Below are positions 11,035-20,440 of a DNA stretch of 64,000 nt, piece after piece. How positions within the stretch are numbered: position 1 is the first letter of the stretch; each line of letters starts with the position of its first letter. The notes beneath the pieces were generated by a model. The model worked only from the letters and a program-made list of their open reading frames with translations. It did not search any database and was not told where the DNA came from. The stretch is from Armatimonadota bacterium (GTDB taxonomy: Bacteria; Armatimonadota; Zipacnadia; Zipacnadales; UBA5352), in the NCBI GenBank assembly GCA_034722055.1, contig JAYENL010000173.1, positions 2,532-66,531 on the forward strand, read 5' to 3'. Position numbers and translations under genes: made by a program.

Positions 11035-11691
11035 GTGATTCTCGTGACGTGCCGGCTGTGCGGTTCTGAAAACGTGTATCTGCTCCTGCGCGGTGGACAG
11101 CGGGCCCACCACCGGGAGTTCTTGCACTGTCGGCGCTGTGACCTGGTGTTCGTGCCGGACCGCTTCCTGCTCTCACCACCAGAGGAGCGCCAGCGCTACC
11201 TGCTGCACGAGAACGAGCCTGACGACGAGGGCTACTGGCGGTTCCTGGCGAGGTTGCGGGACAGCGTGGTTCCGCTGGTGGAGCCCGGCGCCGAGAGCCT
11301 GGACTACGGCTGCGGTGAGCCACCGGTGCTGGTCATGATGCTGCGGGAAGCGGGCCTGCAGGCCCGCGGCTGGGACCTGTTCTTTCGCCGCGACGACAGC
11401 GGGCTGCAACGCACGTACGACCTCATCACCTGCAGCGAGACCGCGGAGCACTTCCGCGAGCCCCTCGAGGAGTTCGAGCGCTTCGACCGCCTACTGCGCC
11501 CCGGCGCGGTGCTGGGCGTGATGACCGGGATGCTCGACGACTGGCGGGACTTCGGTGACTGGCACTATCGCCTCGACGCCACGCACATCAGATTCTACAG
11601 CCGGCGCACCATGGTGTGGATCGCCCGGCGCTTCGGCTGGGGCGTGCTCTTCCCGCGCACGGACGTGACGGTCTTCCGCACGCGGCGTTGA
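11035..11691 (+). CDS. Class I SAM-dependent methyltransferase with an N-terminal CxxC...CxxC zinc ribbon.
   Basis: GTG start. Motifs CRLCGS...CRRCD and DYGCGEP (SAM-binding motif I) are present, followed by a downstream methyltransferase fold. Length is 218 aa. Confidence 0.65.
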   Translation: MILVTCRLCGSENVYLLLRGGQRAHHREFLHCRRCDLVFVPDRFLLSPPEERQRYLLHENEPDDEGYWRFLARLRDSVVPLVEPGAESLDYGCGEPPVLVMMLREAGLQARGWDLFFRRDDSGLQRTYDLITCSETAEHFREPLEEFERFDRLLRPGAVLGVMTGMLDDWRDFGDWHYRLDATHIRFYSRRTMVWIARRFGWGVLFPRTDVTVFRTRR

Positions 11692-11760
11692 GCGCAGGTC
11701 CGGGGCCCTGCGGTACGGAAGTGTCACCCAGCGCCACCCGCCATACGGGGAGGACGGACC

Positions 11761-14700
11761 ATGATGTCGGCCATGCTCGCCCTGGCCCTAACCGCGGCAC
11801 AGCCCGCGGACGCACCGGTCTTCCACTACGACTTCGAGCAGTCCGAGGACTTCGCCGACTACGAGGGCCTGAGCACGGGCAATGCCACCCCGGCGATCGT
11901 CACGCCAGGCGCCGACGGGCAGGGCCACTGCGTCCGGCTCACCTCCCTCAGGCGCGGCAAGTACTGCACCCTCACCCTTGCCGGCCCCATGCCGGTGGTC
12001 AAGAACCTGGTGCTCTCCTTCGATTACCGCACCGAGATCGAGGAGGGCGTGCAGGGGCAGTACCTGGGCATCCTGTTCTTCTATGAGGATGGCAAGCAGT
12101 TCGGTCGCTTCGACCACCATTTCTCCCCCGAGTGGCGCCACGCTGAAGTGCCCATAGGCTCACTGAGGTCGCCGAACGAGGGTGTGCTCGAGATCGGCCG
12201 CGAGTTCGCGCGGCTCAATCTCTACGGCCGGGCGCCCGAGGACGGCGGCCTGATGACCGTGTGGCTCGACAACATCCGCCTCGGAGTCAAGCCTATGCTC
12301 AATGTCATCAGGGACCGAGTCGAGACCTCCTACGCCAACCCGCCGATGTTCGCGTGGGGCGAGAGCCTGGTGCGGAGCAGGCTGCAGTACTCGCGCTCAC
12401 CCGAGTTCCCCGAGCACCGGACGGTCACCGTCGCCACCGACTGGACCTTCCACACGCCTCCAGCGCCCCTCGAACCCGGCGAGTGGTTCTGGCGCACCTA
12501 CACCGAGACCGAGCTGACCGAGGGCTGGGGGGAGATCCATCGCCTCCGCATCCCGGAGCAGGCCCACCAGTTCACGACGCCGCCGGTGGACGCCGAGGCC
12601 CTCGCGGCCATGCCCCGCCCGCGGCTGATCGACGTGGAGGCGGAGCGCGAGCGCCTCGGCGAGGACGGTATTGCGAGCCTCATCGCGCGGGCGGAGTCAT
12701 CGGCCGAACAGCCCATCCCGGACGACCCGCCCATCTGGGAGGAGGGCGACGAGCGCTGGCCGGACTGGATCGACTGGTACCGCGATGTGGCAGGCGGCAT
12801 CACCGGACGCACCGGGCGGCGGCTGGAGCAGATGGCCCGGTGGGCGGCCATCACCGGCGACGAGCAGGTGGCGAAATGGACGACGGAGCTGGCTCTGGCG
12901 GTCGCCTCCTGGGACCCGGACGGTGGCAGCGCCATGAGCCGGGGCGACATCGCAGCCCAGCACCTGCTGCGTGGCCTCAACACCGCCTACGATGTGCTGC
13001 ACGAGCGCCTGACCGATGACGAGCGGGCGATGATGCGCGATGTCATCGTGACGCGAGCGCAGGACTTCTGGGCCTACCTCAACCCGCTGCGGGCCAACCC
13101 CCACAACAACCACGCCTGGCTCAAGGCGCTGGCGCTGGGACAGAGCGGCCTGGTGCTCGTCGGCGACCACGACCAGGCCCACCAGTGGGCCGAGTACTGC
13201 CGGCAGCTCTTCGTGGGCAAGTTCCTCAGCGGCCTGGGCTTTCAGGGCGAGAACAATGAGGGCCTCAGCTACTGGTCCTACGGCCTGAGCTTCATCATCG
13301 AGTACGCGGACATGATGCGAACGGTCTGCGGCATCGACCTCTACGAGCACCCGTGGCTGAGCCGGACGGCGCGCTTCCCGATGTACTGCGCGCCGCCCAA
13401 TGCCTGGGGCGTGTCCTTCGCTGACACCGGGAGGCCCAATCACGGCGCACGGGGGCCCTACGCGCAATCCTACGTGGGCATGCTGGCGGAGCGCACCGGC
13501 GATCCCTACGCGCTGTGGTACTCCGGGCGCCGGGAGGGTCTGGATGATCTCGCCCCGCGCCCACCGGTGGACCTCCCGCAGTCGATCCACTACCGCTTCA
13601 TCGGCCTCGCCATCGCCAACACCTCGCTGATCGATGGCCGCGAGGGCGCCACCGTCGCCATGCACTCGGGGCCCTTCTGGGCCGGCCATCAGCACGCGGA
13701 CCAGAACGCCTTCGTCATCCACGCCTACGGCGAGAAGCTGGCCATCGACTCCGGCTACTACGACTGGTACGGCAGCCCACACTTCAAGCAGTACTCCATC
13801 CAGACCGTGGCCCACAACTCCATCCTCGTCGATGGTGAGGGCCAGGCTGCGGTGACTAAGGGCGCCGACGGCCGCATCGACGCGTGGTTCGACGGCACGG
13901 GGCACACCTGGATGGTCGGCGACGCGTCCGATCCGGAGGTCTACGGAGGAAGGCTCTCGCGCTTCGACCGCCGCGTGCTGTTCGTCAAGCCCGGTCTCGT
14001 CATCATGCACGATCTGCTGGAGGCGCCGGAGCCGTCGAGCTTCCAGTGGCTGCTGCACACGGTGGCGCCCATCGAGATCGATGAGAGTCGCCGTGCGCTG
14101 GACGTCGTCTCGGGTGACGCGGCGATGAGCGCCGAGATGCTGCGACCCGCGGAGCTGTCGTTCAGCATCGCAGATGAATACCCGGTGCATCCCTATGACG
14201 GCTACGGAACCGTGCCCGTACCGGAGGAGGAGCTGGCCGAGGAGTGGCACCTCACCGCCGAGGCGCAGCCGGCGGCCGAGCGCCAGTTCCTGACGGTCTT
14301 CGACGTGCGACGCAGCGCGGAGGACGCCGCGTCGATCCGGGAGATCGACTGCGAGGGCGGCGTGGGGCTGCAGGTGGCGCGGGGCGGCGGCCGCACGACG
14401 GTGCTGCTGGCGCCGGACCGGCAGCCGGTGAGCCTGTCGGCCTCCGAGCTCGCGGCGGTGGCCGAGGTGGCGTCGGTGACCACCGAGCGCGGCGCGCTGG
14501 CCTCGGCCTGTGCCGTACACGCGAGGGAGCTGCGCTGGCGCGGCGAGCTGCTGTTCGCGATCGAGGAGGGCAGCGGGGACTGCAGCCTGGTGGCGACGGA
14601 GCGGGGTCTGATCGCGGACCTGTCCCTGCACGCAGCCGCGACGGTCCGGCTGCCGGCGGCGCACGGGCAACTGATCGTCGATGGCGAGCACGTGCGAGAG

Positions 14701-15573
14701 CGCGTCGAAGCCGACAAGCACCTCACCTTGGCGCTTCCCGTCGGCGAGCATACGATCGCCTGGGGCCGGAGTCCGGACCGCGCCCTCTCGCATCCGCTGG
14801 AGCCGCTGGCGGTTCGCGTCGGCGACACGGCCTCGCAGCTTCAGGGCCACGCCCGCCGGCGGGCAACGGACCTACGCAGGTACTGGTGGGGGCCGGTGGA
14901 GCTGCCGGCCGACGACCGCTACGAGGTCCGCCTGGAGGCCGCCGGCCCCCGGTCGCGCGTGACCTGGGACGGCCGGGGGGTGGAGCTGGAGGCAGAGGGC
15001 GAGGCGCTGACCGGTGTCATCTGGGACGAGCCCGGCCAGCATCACATGACTATCAGCGCGGCCGGGCCGATCCGGTCGGTGGCGCTGGTGCCGCGCGGCG
15101 TCAGCAGCGTCGCCGCGGAGATGCTGTCGAGGGAGTGGTCGCCTCCCGAGGGCGCGATCCTGCACGAGGCCGAGGACGTTGCCGAGGAGGGGGGCGTGAA
15201 GGGGCGGCTGATGGAGAAGGTCGGCGCCTCCGGCGGCATCGCTCACGCCGTCTGGGACAGCCCCGGCCAGTGGGCACGGTGGCGCATCGAGGTGTCCGCG
15301 GAGGGGGACTACCAGGTGCTGATCCGGGCAGCCAGCGTCTACGACCGCATCGCCCGGGACCTGCAGCTCGACGGCGAGCTGCTGCAGGTGGCCTCGTTCG
15401 CCTCCACGGGCGGCTGGTGCCGGACCACCGACGACTGGCGCTGGTTCCGCCTCATGACTGAGGCCGGCCAGCCACTCGCCATCCACCTGAGCGCCGGCGA
15501 GCACGCCCTCCGCATGACCCGCCTGGCGGGCTCGATGAACCTGGACCTGTTCGCCCTCGTGCCGGCGCAGTAG
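11761..15573 (+). CDS. Secreted multidomain polysaccharide lyase-like protein: an N-terminal domain, a heparinase II/III-like central region, and C-terminal carbohydrate-binding (CBM6/35-like) beta-sandwich domains.
   Basis: SD GGGGAGGA and a signal peptide are present. Heparinase blocks NNHAWLKALALGQ and HQHADQNAFVIHAYGEKLAIDSGYYDWYG are visible. The C-terminal sequence ...GWCRTTDDWRWFRL...LDLFALVP is CBM-like. Confidence 0.75.
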   Translation: MMSAMLALALTAAQPADAPVFHYDFEQSEDFADYEGLSTGNATPAIVTPGADGQGHCVRLTSLRRGKYCTLTLAGPMPVVKNLVLSFDYRTEIEEGVQGQYLGILFFYEDGKQFGRFDHHFSPEWRHAEVPIGSLRSPNEGVLEIGREFARLNLYGRAPEDGGLMTVWLDNIRLGVKPMLNVIRDRVETSYANPPMFAWGESLVRSRLQYSRSPEFPEHRTVTVATDWTFHTPPAPLEPGEWFWRTYTETELTEGWGEIHRLRIPEQAHQFTTPPVDAEALAAMPRPRLIDVEAERERLGEDGIASLIARAESSAEQPIPDDPPIWEEGDERWPDWIDWYRDVAGGITGRTGRRLEQMARWAAITGDEQVAKWTTELALAVASWDPDGGSAMSRGDIAAQHLLRGLNTAYDVLHERLTDDERAMMRDVIVTRAQDFWAYLNPLRANPHNNHAWLKALALGQSGLVLVGDHDQAHQWAEYCRQLFVGKFLSGLGFQGENNEGLSYWSYGLSFIIEYADMMRTVCGIDLYEHPWLSRTARFPMYCAPPNAWGVSFADTGRPNHGARGPYAQSYVGMLAERTGDPYALWYSGRREGLDDLAPRPPVDLPQSIHYRFIGLAIANTSLIDGREGATVAMHSGPFWAGHQHADQNAFVIHAYGEKLAIDSGYYDWYGSPHFKQYSIQTVAHNSILVDGEGQAAVTKGADGRIDAWFDGTGHTWMVGDASDPEVYGGRLSRFDRRVLFVKPGLVIMHDLLEAPEPSSFQWLLHTVAPIEIDESRRALDVVSGDAAMSAEMLRPAELSFSIADEYPVHPYDGYGTVPVPEEELAEEWHLTAEAQPAAERQFLTVFDVRRSAEDAASIREIDCEGGVGLQVARGGGRTTVLLAPDRQPVSLSASELAAVAEVASVTTERGALASACAVHARELRWRGELLFAIEEGSGDCSLVATERGLIADLSLHAAATVRLPAAHGQLIVDGEHVRERVEADKHLTLALPVGEHTIAWGRSPDRALSHPLEPLAVRVGDTASQLQGHARRRATDLRRYWWGPVELPADDRYEVRLEAAGPRSRVTWDGRGVELEAEGEALTGVIWDEPGQHHMTISAAGPIRSVALVPRGVSSVAAEMLSREWSPPEGAILHEAEDVAEEGGVKGRLMEKVGASGGIAHAVWDSPGQWARWRIEVSAEGDYQVLIRAASVYDRIARDLQLDGELLQVASFASTGGWCRTTDDWRWFRLMTEAGQPLAIHLSAGEHALRMTRLAGSMNLDLFALVPAQ

Positions 15574-15576
15574 GGC

Positions 15577-16926
15577 CTACGGCCCGCGCGCTGGACCCAC
15601 GTGCTTGATGCCAGAGATGCGCCAGCTCTGCGGCCCCACGCGCACCAGGTTGAAGCGGTAGGCCTCATCGCCCAGGTCGGCTACCGCGTGGCCACTATCC
15701 CGGTGCAGGGCGCATCTCCGGAGGTCCCACGGAGAGAAGAAGTCCCGGCCCGTCAGCCTGAAGAGCCCCATCCTGCGCGCGTCGTCCACGACCGTCGGCG
15801 AGGTGCAAACGTTCAGCGCCATCTGCTCGCAGCCAAACTCAATTGCCTCCGTGAAGCGGAACACGACCCTCCGTGGCTGCTCCGACTTGGCGTACCAGAC
15901 CTTGCGGATGCGGTCGCCGACGCGCTTGTAGACGTAGTAGTCCCTGTCGAGGGAGGCCGACGTGTGAGGGCCAGTCCAGCACTTCCCGTAGGCGTGCGAG
16001 GCGACGACCTCCATCACACCGTCGCCATTCATGTCGTCGAGCGCGCACCACCCCTCGTGGAAGCGGGCGTCATAGCCCGCAGGAGGCGAGTCCCACAGGT
16101 GCCAGGCTGCCACCGGGGGCCGTCCGCAATAGCCGACCAACCGCCACTGCCCTTCCTCGCTGTCCAGGAAGCCGCCTAAGGGAAACGGGGATGACCCCGT
16201 CCCGCCTGTCTCCCATCCACCACCGAACGCCGCCTCAAGGCGATCGCCATTGCGTGACACCGCGACATCGCCATACCACGCGCCATATACCTTCGGCTCG
16301 CCGGGTTGCCGGCCGATGTACTGCCGCCACGCGCCCGCGACGGGCCCATCAGGGCCTCTGCCGACGAGGACGTAGGTCATCGGCAATTTCGGCATGGTAT
16401 AAGGATACTGCGACCCGAAGGGGACCAACAAGGCGATGACCCGCCCGGCCGTGTCGCGTATCACCTGGCATTCCGGCTGCCACACATTCGTCGAGTAGCC
16501 CAGCTCCGGGTCCCAGGTGCGCGCCACGGTGTCGCGGTAGCGCAGCCAGGACGGCAGTCTGTCCTCAACGAACTCCGGAAGCTCCGGACGATGGTGGTCC
16601 AGCATGTCGATTGTATCGAGCCACCCATACCCGGGGAAGCCCGCCGCTATGCCGGAGGTCCTGAGCAGCTCGCACACTCGCTCGACGAGGGCCGGGTCGT
16701 CCCACACCCCCTCCGCCTCGATCATCTCGCCGAGGCCGCGCGCCACAAGCTGCCAGCCCTCGTGCTCCTGCGCGTCGGAGGCGTCACGCTCCGCTACCAG
16801 CCGCAGCCCACGCACGGCCACGTCGCACGGCCGCTGAGGGGCTCGACGAACACACACAGCCAGCAGCGCGCCCGCCGCGAGCGCGCCCAGCCCCCACCGA
16901 AGCCATCGGCGCCACGCCATAGACAT
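15577..16926 (-). CDS. Hypothetical exported or membrane-anchored protein, ~447 aa.
   Basis: An N-terminal hydrophobic segment is present. SD GGGGGAG is positioned for the second ATG (MAWRRW..., 16920). No recognisable family. Confidence 0.5.
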   Translation of the reverse strand: MSMAWRRWLRWGLGALAAGALLAVCVRRAPQRPCDVAVRGLRLVAERDASDAQEHEGWQLVARGLGEMIEAEGVWDDPALVERVCELLRTSGIAAGFPGYGWLDTIDMLDHHRPELPEFVEDRLPSWLRYRDTVARTWDPELGYSTNVWQPECQVIRDTAGRVIALLVPFGSQYPYTMPKLPMTYVLVGRGPDGPVAGAWRQYIGRQPGEPKVYGAWYGDVAVSRNGDRLEAAFGGGWETGGTGSSPFPLGGFLDSEEGQWRLVGYCGRPPVAAWHLWDSPPAGYDARFHEGWCALDDMNGDGVMEVVASHAYGKCWTGPHTSASLDRDYYVYKRVGDRIRKVWYAKSEQPRRVVFRFTEAIEFGCEQMALNVCTSPTVVDDARRMGLFRLTGRDFFSPWDLRRCALHRDSGHAVADLGDEAYRFNLVRVGPQSWRISGIKHVGPARGP

Positions 16927-17059
16927 CTCCCCCGCCGGACCGGCTTCCTCCTGCTGATGGTTTCTCCGCAGGCCCTCCCTGACCTGCTGGTGCAGGTGTC
17001 GCGCATGACATGCGCGAAGAACTAGCCGGCAAGCAGCTCGTCAGCGGGAGGGGCAGGTC

Positions 17060-17725
17060 ATGCAGTGGGCAGTCATCTTCGACGTGGACGGCGTTGTGGC
17101 CGACACCGAGACGCTCAACGCGCGGGCCTCGGTGATGATGTTCGACGAGCTGTACGATACCCAGGTGCAGCCGGAGGACTTCCGGGCCTTCGTGGGCACC
17201 GGAGATGAGCGCTATGTAGAGGGCGTGGCGGAGAAGTACGGGGTGGAGATCGACACCGAGGCGGCCGTGGAGCGGCGCAAGGAGAACTTCTTCACGCTGC
17301 TGGAGAAGGCGCCGCTGCCGGCCATGCCGGGCGTGATGGAGATCGTGCAGGCGGCGCAGGTGGCTGCGGACGTGAGGATCGCCATCGCCACCTCCGGCAA
17401 CCAGGACAAGCAGTTTCCGGTGATCGAGGGCACGGGGCTGAAGCTGGAGTGGTTCGACGCGGTCATCACCGGGGATGATGTCACCAGGAAGAAGCCCGAC
17501 CCGCAGATCTACCTGATCACGGCCGAGAGGCTGGGCGTCCCGCCGGAGCGCTGCGTCGTGCTGGAGGACGCGCCCGCCGGCGTCGGGGCCGCCAAGGCCG
17601 CCGGGATGGCCTGCGTGGCCGTCACCAGCTCCGTGAGCGCCGAGAGCCTGCAGGAGGCCGACCTGGTGGTGGACAGCCTGGCGCAGGTCGGCCTCGGCGC
17701 CCTCCGCAAGCTGGCCATGTCATAG
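17060..17725 (+). CDS. HAD-superfamily hydrolase, subfamily IA (beta-phosphoglucomutase-like).
   Basis: SD GGGAGGGG. Motif I FDVDGVVADTE is followed by downstream HAD motifs (ATSG, GDD). Length is 221 aa. Confidence 0.85.
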   Translation: MQWAVIFDVDGVVADTETLNARASVMMFDELYDTQVQPEDFRAFVGTGDERYVEGVAEKYGVEIDTEAAVERRKENFFTLLEKAPLPAMPGVMEIVQAAQVAADVRIAIATSGNQDKQFPVIEGTGLKLEWFDAVITGDDVTRKKPDPQIYLITAERLGVPPERCVVLEDAPAGVGAAKAAGMACVAVTSSVSAESLQEADLVVDSLAQVGLGALRKLAMS

Positions 17726-18205
17726 CCGCAGCCTGCCCACGGACGAGGGCGGAACGGTGGCGCGTCTGAAGCCCCCCTTGTCTGATAGCCGCCAGTGGTG
17801 AGCAGGAGTAGTGCAGGACGAAGGCGCACTGTCTTGGCACAGCGAAGTGGCGCCCTGCCCCTGGCCAGGGGCAGGAGGCCGAGGGAGGCGACAGACCGTC
17901 TCCCTTTTGTTGTGCTGTCTGGAGGGGCGGGACTACGCTCGCGCCCGGTCATTTGCCGTTGCCGTGCCGTCTGGAGGGGCCGGCCTCTGTTCCGGCCCGG
18001 CCGTTGTCCTTGGGGTTGATCGAACGGCAAACGGCAGCGTGCCTCATCGCTCGGCCCGCTCTCCCGAGCGTCCATGATGCACGGCAACCGCGGCAGGCAG
18101 CAGGCCCGCCCCCCGGACGAAGCAAAAAACGGGACGCCCGTGCCACGCAATGTCCGCGCCGTTGTCGTAGCTCGCAGCTCGTCGCTCGCAGCTCGTTGCT
18201 CGTCG
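17726..18205. repeat. 480-nt convergent intergenic region rich in palindromes and short tandem/direct repeats.
   Basis: Contains a 14-nt perfect palindrome CCCCTGGCCAGGGG and a stem GGGCCGG...CCGGCCC. The 11-mer GTCTGGAGGGG occurs twice as a direct repeat. GTTGCCGTG and CACGGCAAC form an inverted pair. A ~13-nt unit GCTCGCAGCTCGT repeats ~3 times beside the YhcH stop. Confidence 0.4.
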
Positions 18206-18658
18206 CTACAGCAGCACCTTCACGACGATCTTCTCGATGTCGCCCTCCCCCACCATCGGCGCGTGGGCATCCCCGGGGAAGAACACCACGAACGTGCCCT
18301 CCAGCAGCGGGAAGTAGGCGTCGGGCTCATCCTCGAAGAGGATGACGTCCTTCGCCGGGTCGTACGCCTGGGTGGGCTGCTGGCAGTCTCCGGTGGCCTT
18401 CCAGCCGAACAGCTCGTCGCCGGACACCACGTACTGGATGTCCACGTACCTCTCGTGTGCCTCGAGGACCGCCTCCTCCTGTGCCTTCAGCTCCCGGCGC
18501 AGCACATTGATGGTCAGGCGCTTGCCGTCGATCTCCGCCGGTCCGTCCGGCGCGCTCTCGAAGTCGAACTCTCGCAGCAGATCGAAGGCGGCCTGAAAGC
18601 GCGGGTGCATTTCAGCGTAGCGGTCGGCGTTGTCGAGCCTGTCTAGGATCATGGTCAT
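18206..18658 (-). CDS. YhcH/YjgK/YiaL (DUF386) family protein.
   Basis: Length is 150 aa with the characteristic C-terminal FFPGDAHAP motif. The true start is probably the ATG at 18652 (SD GAGAGGA). Confidence 0.8.
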   Translation of the reverse strand: MTMILDRLDNADRYAEMHPRFQAAFDLLREFDFESAPDGPAEIDGKRLTINVLRRELKAQEEAVLEAHERYVDIQYVVSGDELFGWKATGDCQQPTQAYDPAKDVILFEDEPDAYFPLLEGTFVVFFPGDAHAPMVGEGDIEKIVVKVLL

Positions 18659-18844
18659 GTCCTCTCACAGGGGGGATATGCTCACATCCTGTGCATTCCC
18701 CGCAGCATCCCTGGCTCCCTCCGGTGCGCGACAGGGAAGATTCGCGAGGTGGGGCGGGGAATACGTGCTCCAGGTACAGGCTTCGCGCCCTGGTGCGGAG
18801 GACGCTTGTTCGCGTGCTGATGTCACGCTCGAGGTGACGACCGG

Positions 18845-20344
18845 ATGAAGCTGCAGTGCGTTCCGCCCACCGCGCTGACCGATGAGGAGATCGGGCAGAT
18901 CACAGAGGCGGCCGTGCGCATCGCCGCGGACGTGCCGCTGCGGGTGACGGGAGCCTCACCGGGCGGGCGCGAGGACACGTACACCGACCAGCTCCTGGCG
19001 ATGCTGCGCGCCTTCGGCTGCCGGGTCAGCGACGAGCAGGACCGCGTGCACTTCCCGGAGGAGGTCATCGGCCGCGTCACGGCGGCCATCGCGGGCCACC
19101 GCGCCAGCATGCCGGAGTCGGAGGCGGACTATCCCGAGGAGCTGAGCATCAGCGCCTCCGGCCAGGCGCTGTGGTGCTGCGACCCTCAGGACGATCATCT
19201 GCGGGCGGCGACAGTGAAGGACCTGGCAGACCTCTCGCGCGTGGTGGACGCCATCGAGGGCCTCGGCCGCAGCCATCCCACCTTCATCCCCCAGGACGTC
19301 CCGGCGGCAACTGCGGAGGTCCACGCCTTCGCCACCATCATCCTCAACTCCAGCGGCCCCTACCGCGTCTCGGTGTACACCGCCGAGCTGCTGCCGCACT
19401 TCATCGAGCTTGACACCATCGCCCGCGGCGACCGGGAGGCGGTCAACTCCAGCCCCACCTTCGCAGCCAAGGCCTGGTGGAACACGCCCTTCATGCTCAC
19501 CGGCGAGAACATCGGCATCGCCATGAAGGCCCGGGAGTTGATGGGCCTGCCGGTCACGGTCTCCACCATGCCTGTGGCCGGGGCGGCCACGCCCACGACG
19601 CTGGCGGGCTCGCTGGCGCTGATGACGGCGGAGGTGCTGCAGTGCAACGCCATCTCGCTGGCGGTGGACGACCGCGTCATGGGCTGGACGGCGGGCCCGC
19701 TGACCATCGACCCCCGCTCGGGCATCCACACCCAGAGCGGCCCGGACACGCAGCTTCTGGGCCTGGGCGCGCAGCAGATCGCGGCGCACCTCTTCGGCGG
19801 CACGCTGATGGTACAGGGGGGGCCGACCACCGGCGCCAAGGTGCCCGGCGCCCAGGCGATGATGGAGAAGACCGTCAACACCACCTGGGCGATCCTGGGC
19901 GGGCGGCGGTCCTTCGGCTCGCTCGCGACCCTGGCCTTCGCGGACGTGGGCAGCGTGGTGCAGCTCATGCTCGACATCGAGATGTGCAGCCACCTCCAGC
20001 GCCTGTTGCGAGGCATTCGGGTGGACGCCGAGACCATCGCGGAGGAGGTCATCCGCGAGGTTGCCCCCCGCGGGGCTTACTTCCTGGGCCACGAGCACAC
20101 GGTCGAACACTTCCGCCAGGAGCTGTGGCTCCCGGAGCTGGTGGACCTGCGCGTGCCCATGGCGTGGATCGACGAGCCGGGGACCATGGTGGACAACGCC
20201 CGCGCCAAGGCCCTGCGGCTGCTGGAGACCGGCGAGAATCAGTGCCCGCTGACCGACCAGCAGCGGCAGCAGGTGCGCGAGGTGGTGGCGGACGCCGAGC
20301 GCCTGGCGGATGAGAAGGGCCTCGAAGATGCGAGGCGAATCTAA
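18845..20344 (+). CDS. MttB-superfamily (trimethylamine methyltransferase family) protein, non-pyrrolysine type.
   Basis: SD GAGGTGA. The 499-aa ORF is uninterrupted with no in-frame TAG. Family-typical blocks PVTVSTMPVAGAATP and AYFLGHEHT are present. Confidence 0.85.
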   Translation: MKLQCVPPTALTDEEIGQITEAAVRIAADVPLRVTGASPGGREDTYTDQLLAMLRAFGCRVSDEQDRVHFPEEVIGRVTAAIAGHRASMPESEADYPEELSISASGQALWCCDPQDDHLRAATVKDLADLSRVVDAIEGLGRSHPTFIPQDVPAATAEVHAFATIILNSSGPYRVSVYTAELLPHFIELDTIARGDREAVNSSPTFAAKAWWNTPFMLTGENIGIAMKARELMGLPVTVSTMPVAGAATPTTLAGSLALMTAEVLQCNAISLAVDDRVMGWTAGPLTIDPRSGIHTQSGPDTQLLGLGAQQIAAHLFGGTLMVQGGPTTGAKVPGAQAMMEKTVNTTWAILGGRRSFGSLATLAFADVGSVVQLMLDIEMCSHLQRLLRGIRVDAETIAEEVIREVAPRGAYFLGHEHTVEHFRQELWLPELVDLRVPMAWIDEPGTMVDNARAKALRLLETGENQCPLTDQQRQQVREVVADAERLADEKGLEDARRI

Positions 20345-20440
20345 GGACCGCGCCCTCCGGTGGAACCGACCTGCGCCATGAAGCGTCGAACCTATGCGGC
20401 ACCGCGATGCGATCTGAGGGGCGTGACTGGGGGATTGCCG

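Noticed and set aside
18659-18844. A cobalamin riboswitch in the divergent region upstream of the MttB-family gene.
   Set aside because: No B12-box-like core or characteristic conserved stems could be recognised by eye. It would need an Infernal scan to exclude.
18845-20344. Pyrrolysine (in-frame UAG) in the MttB-family gene.
   Set aside because: The ORF is continuous for 499 codons with no internal TAG, so it is a non-Pyl member. Pyl machinery (pylTSBCD) is not in the window.
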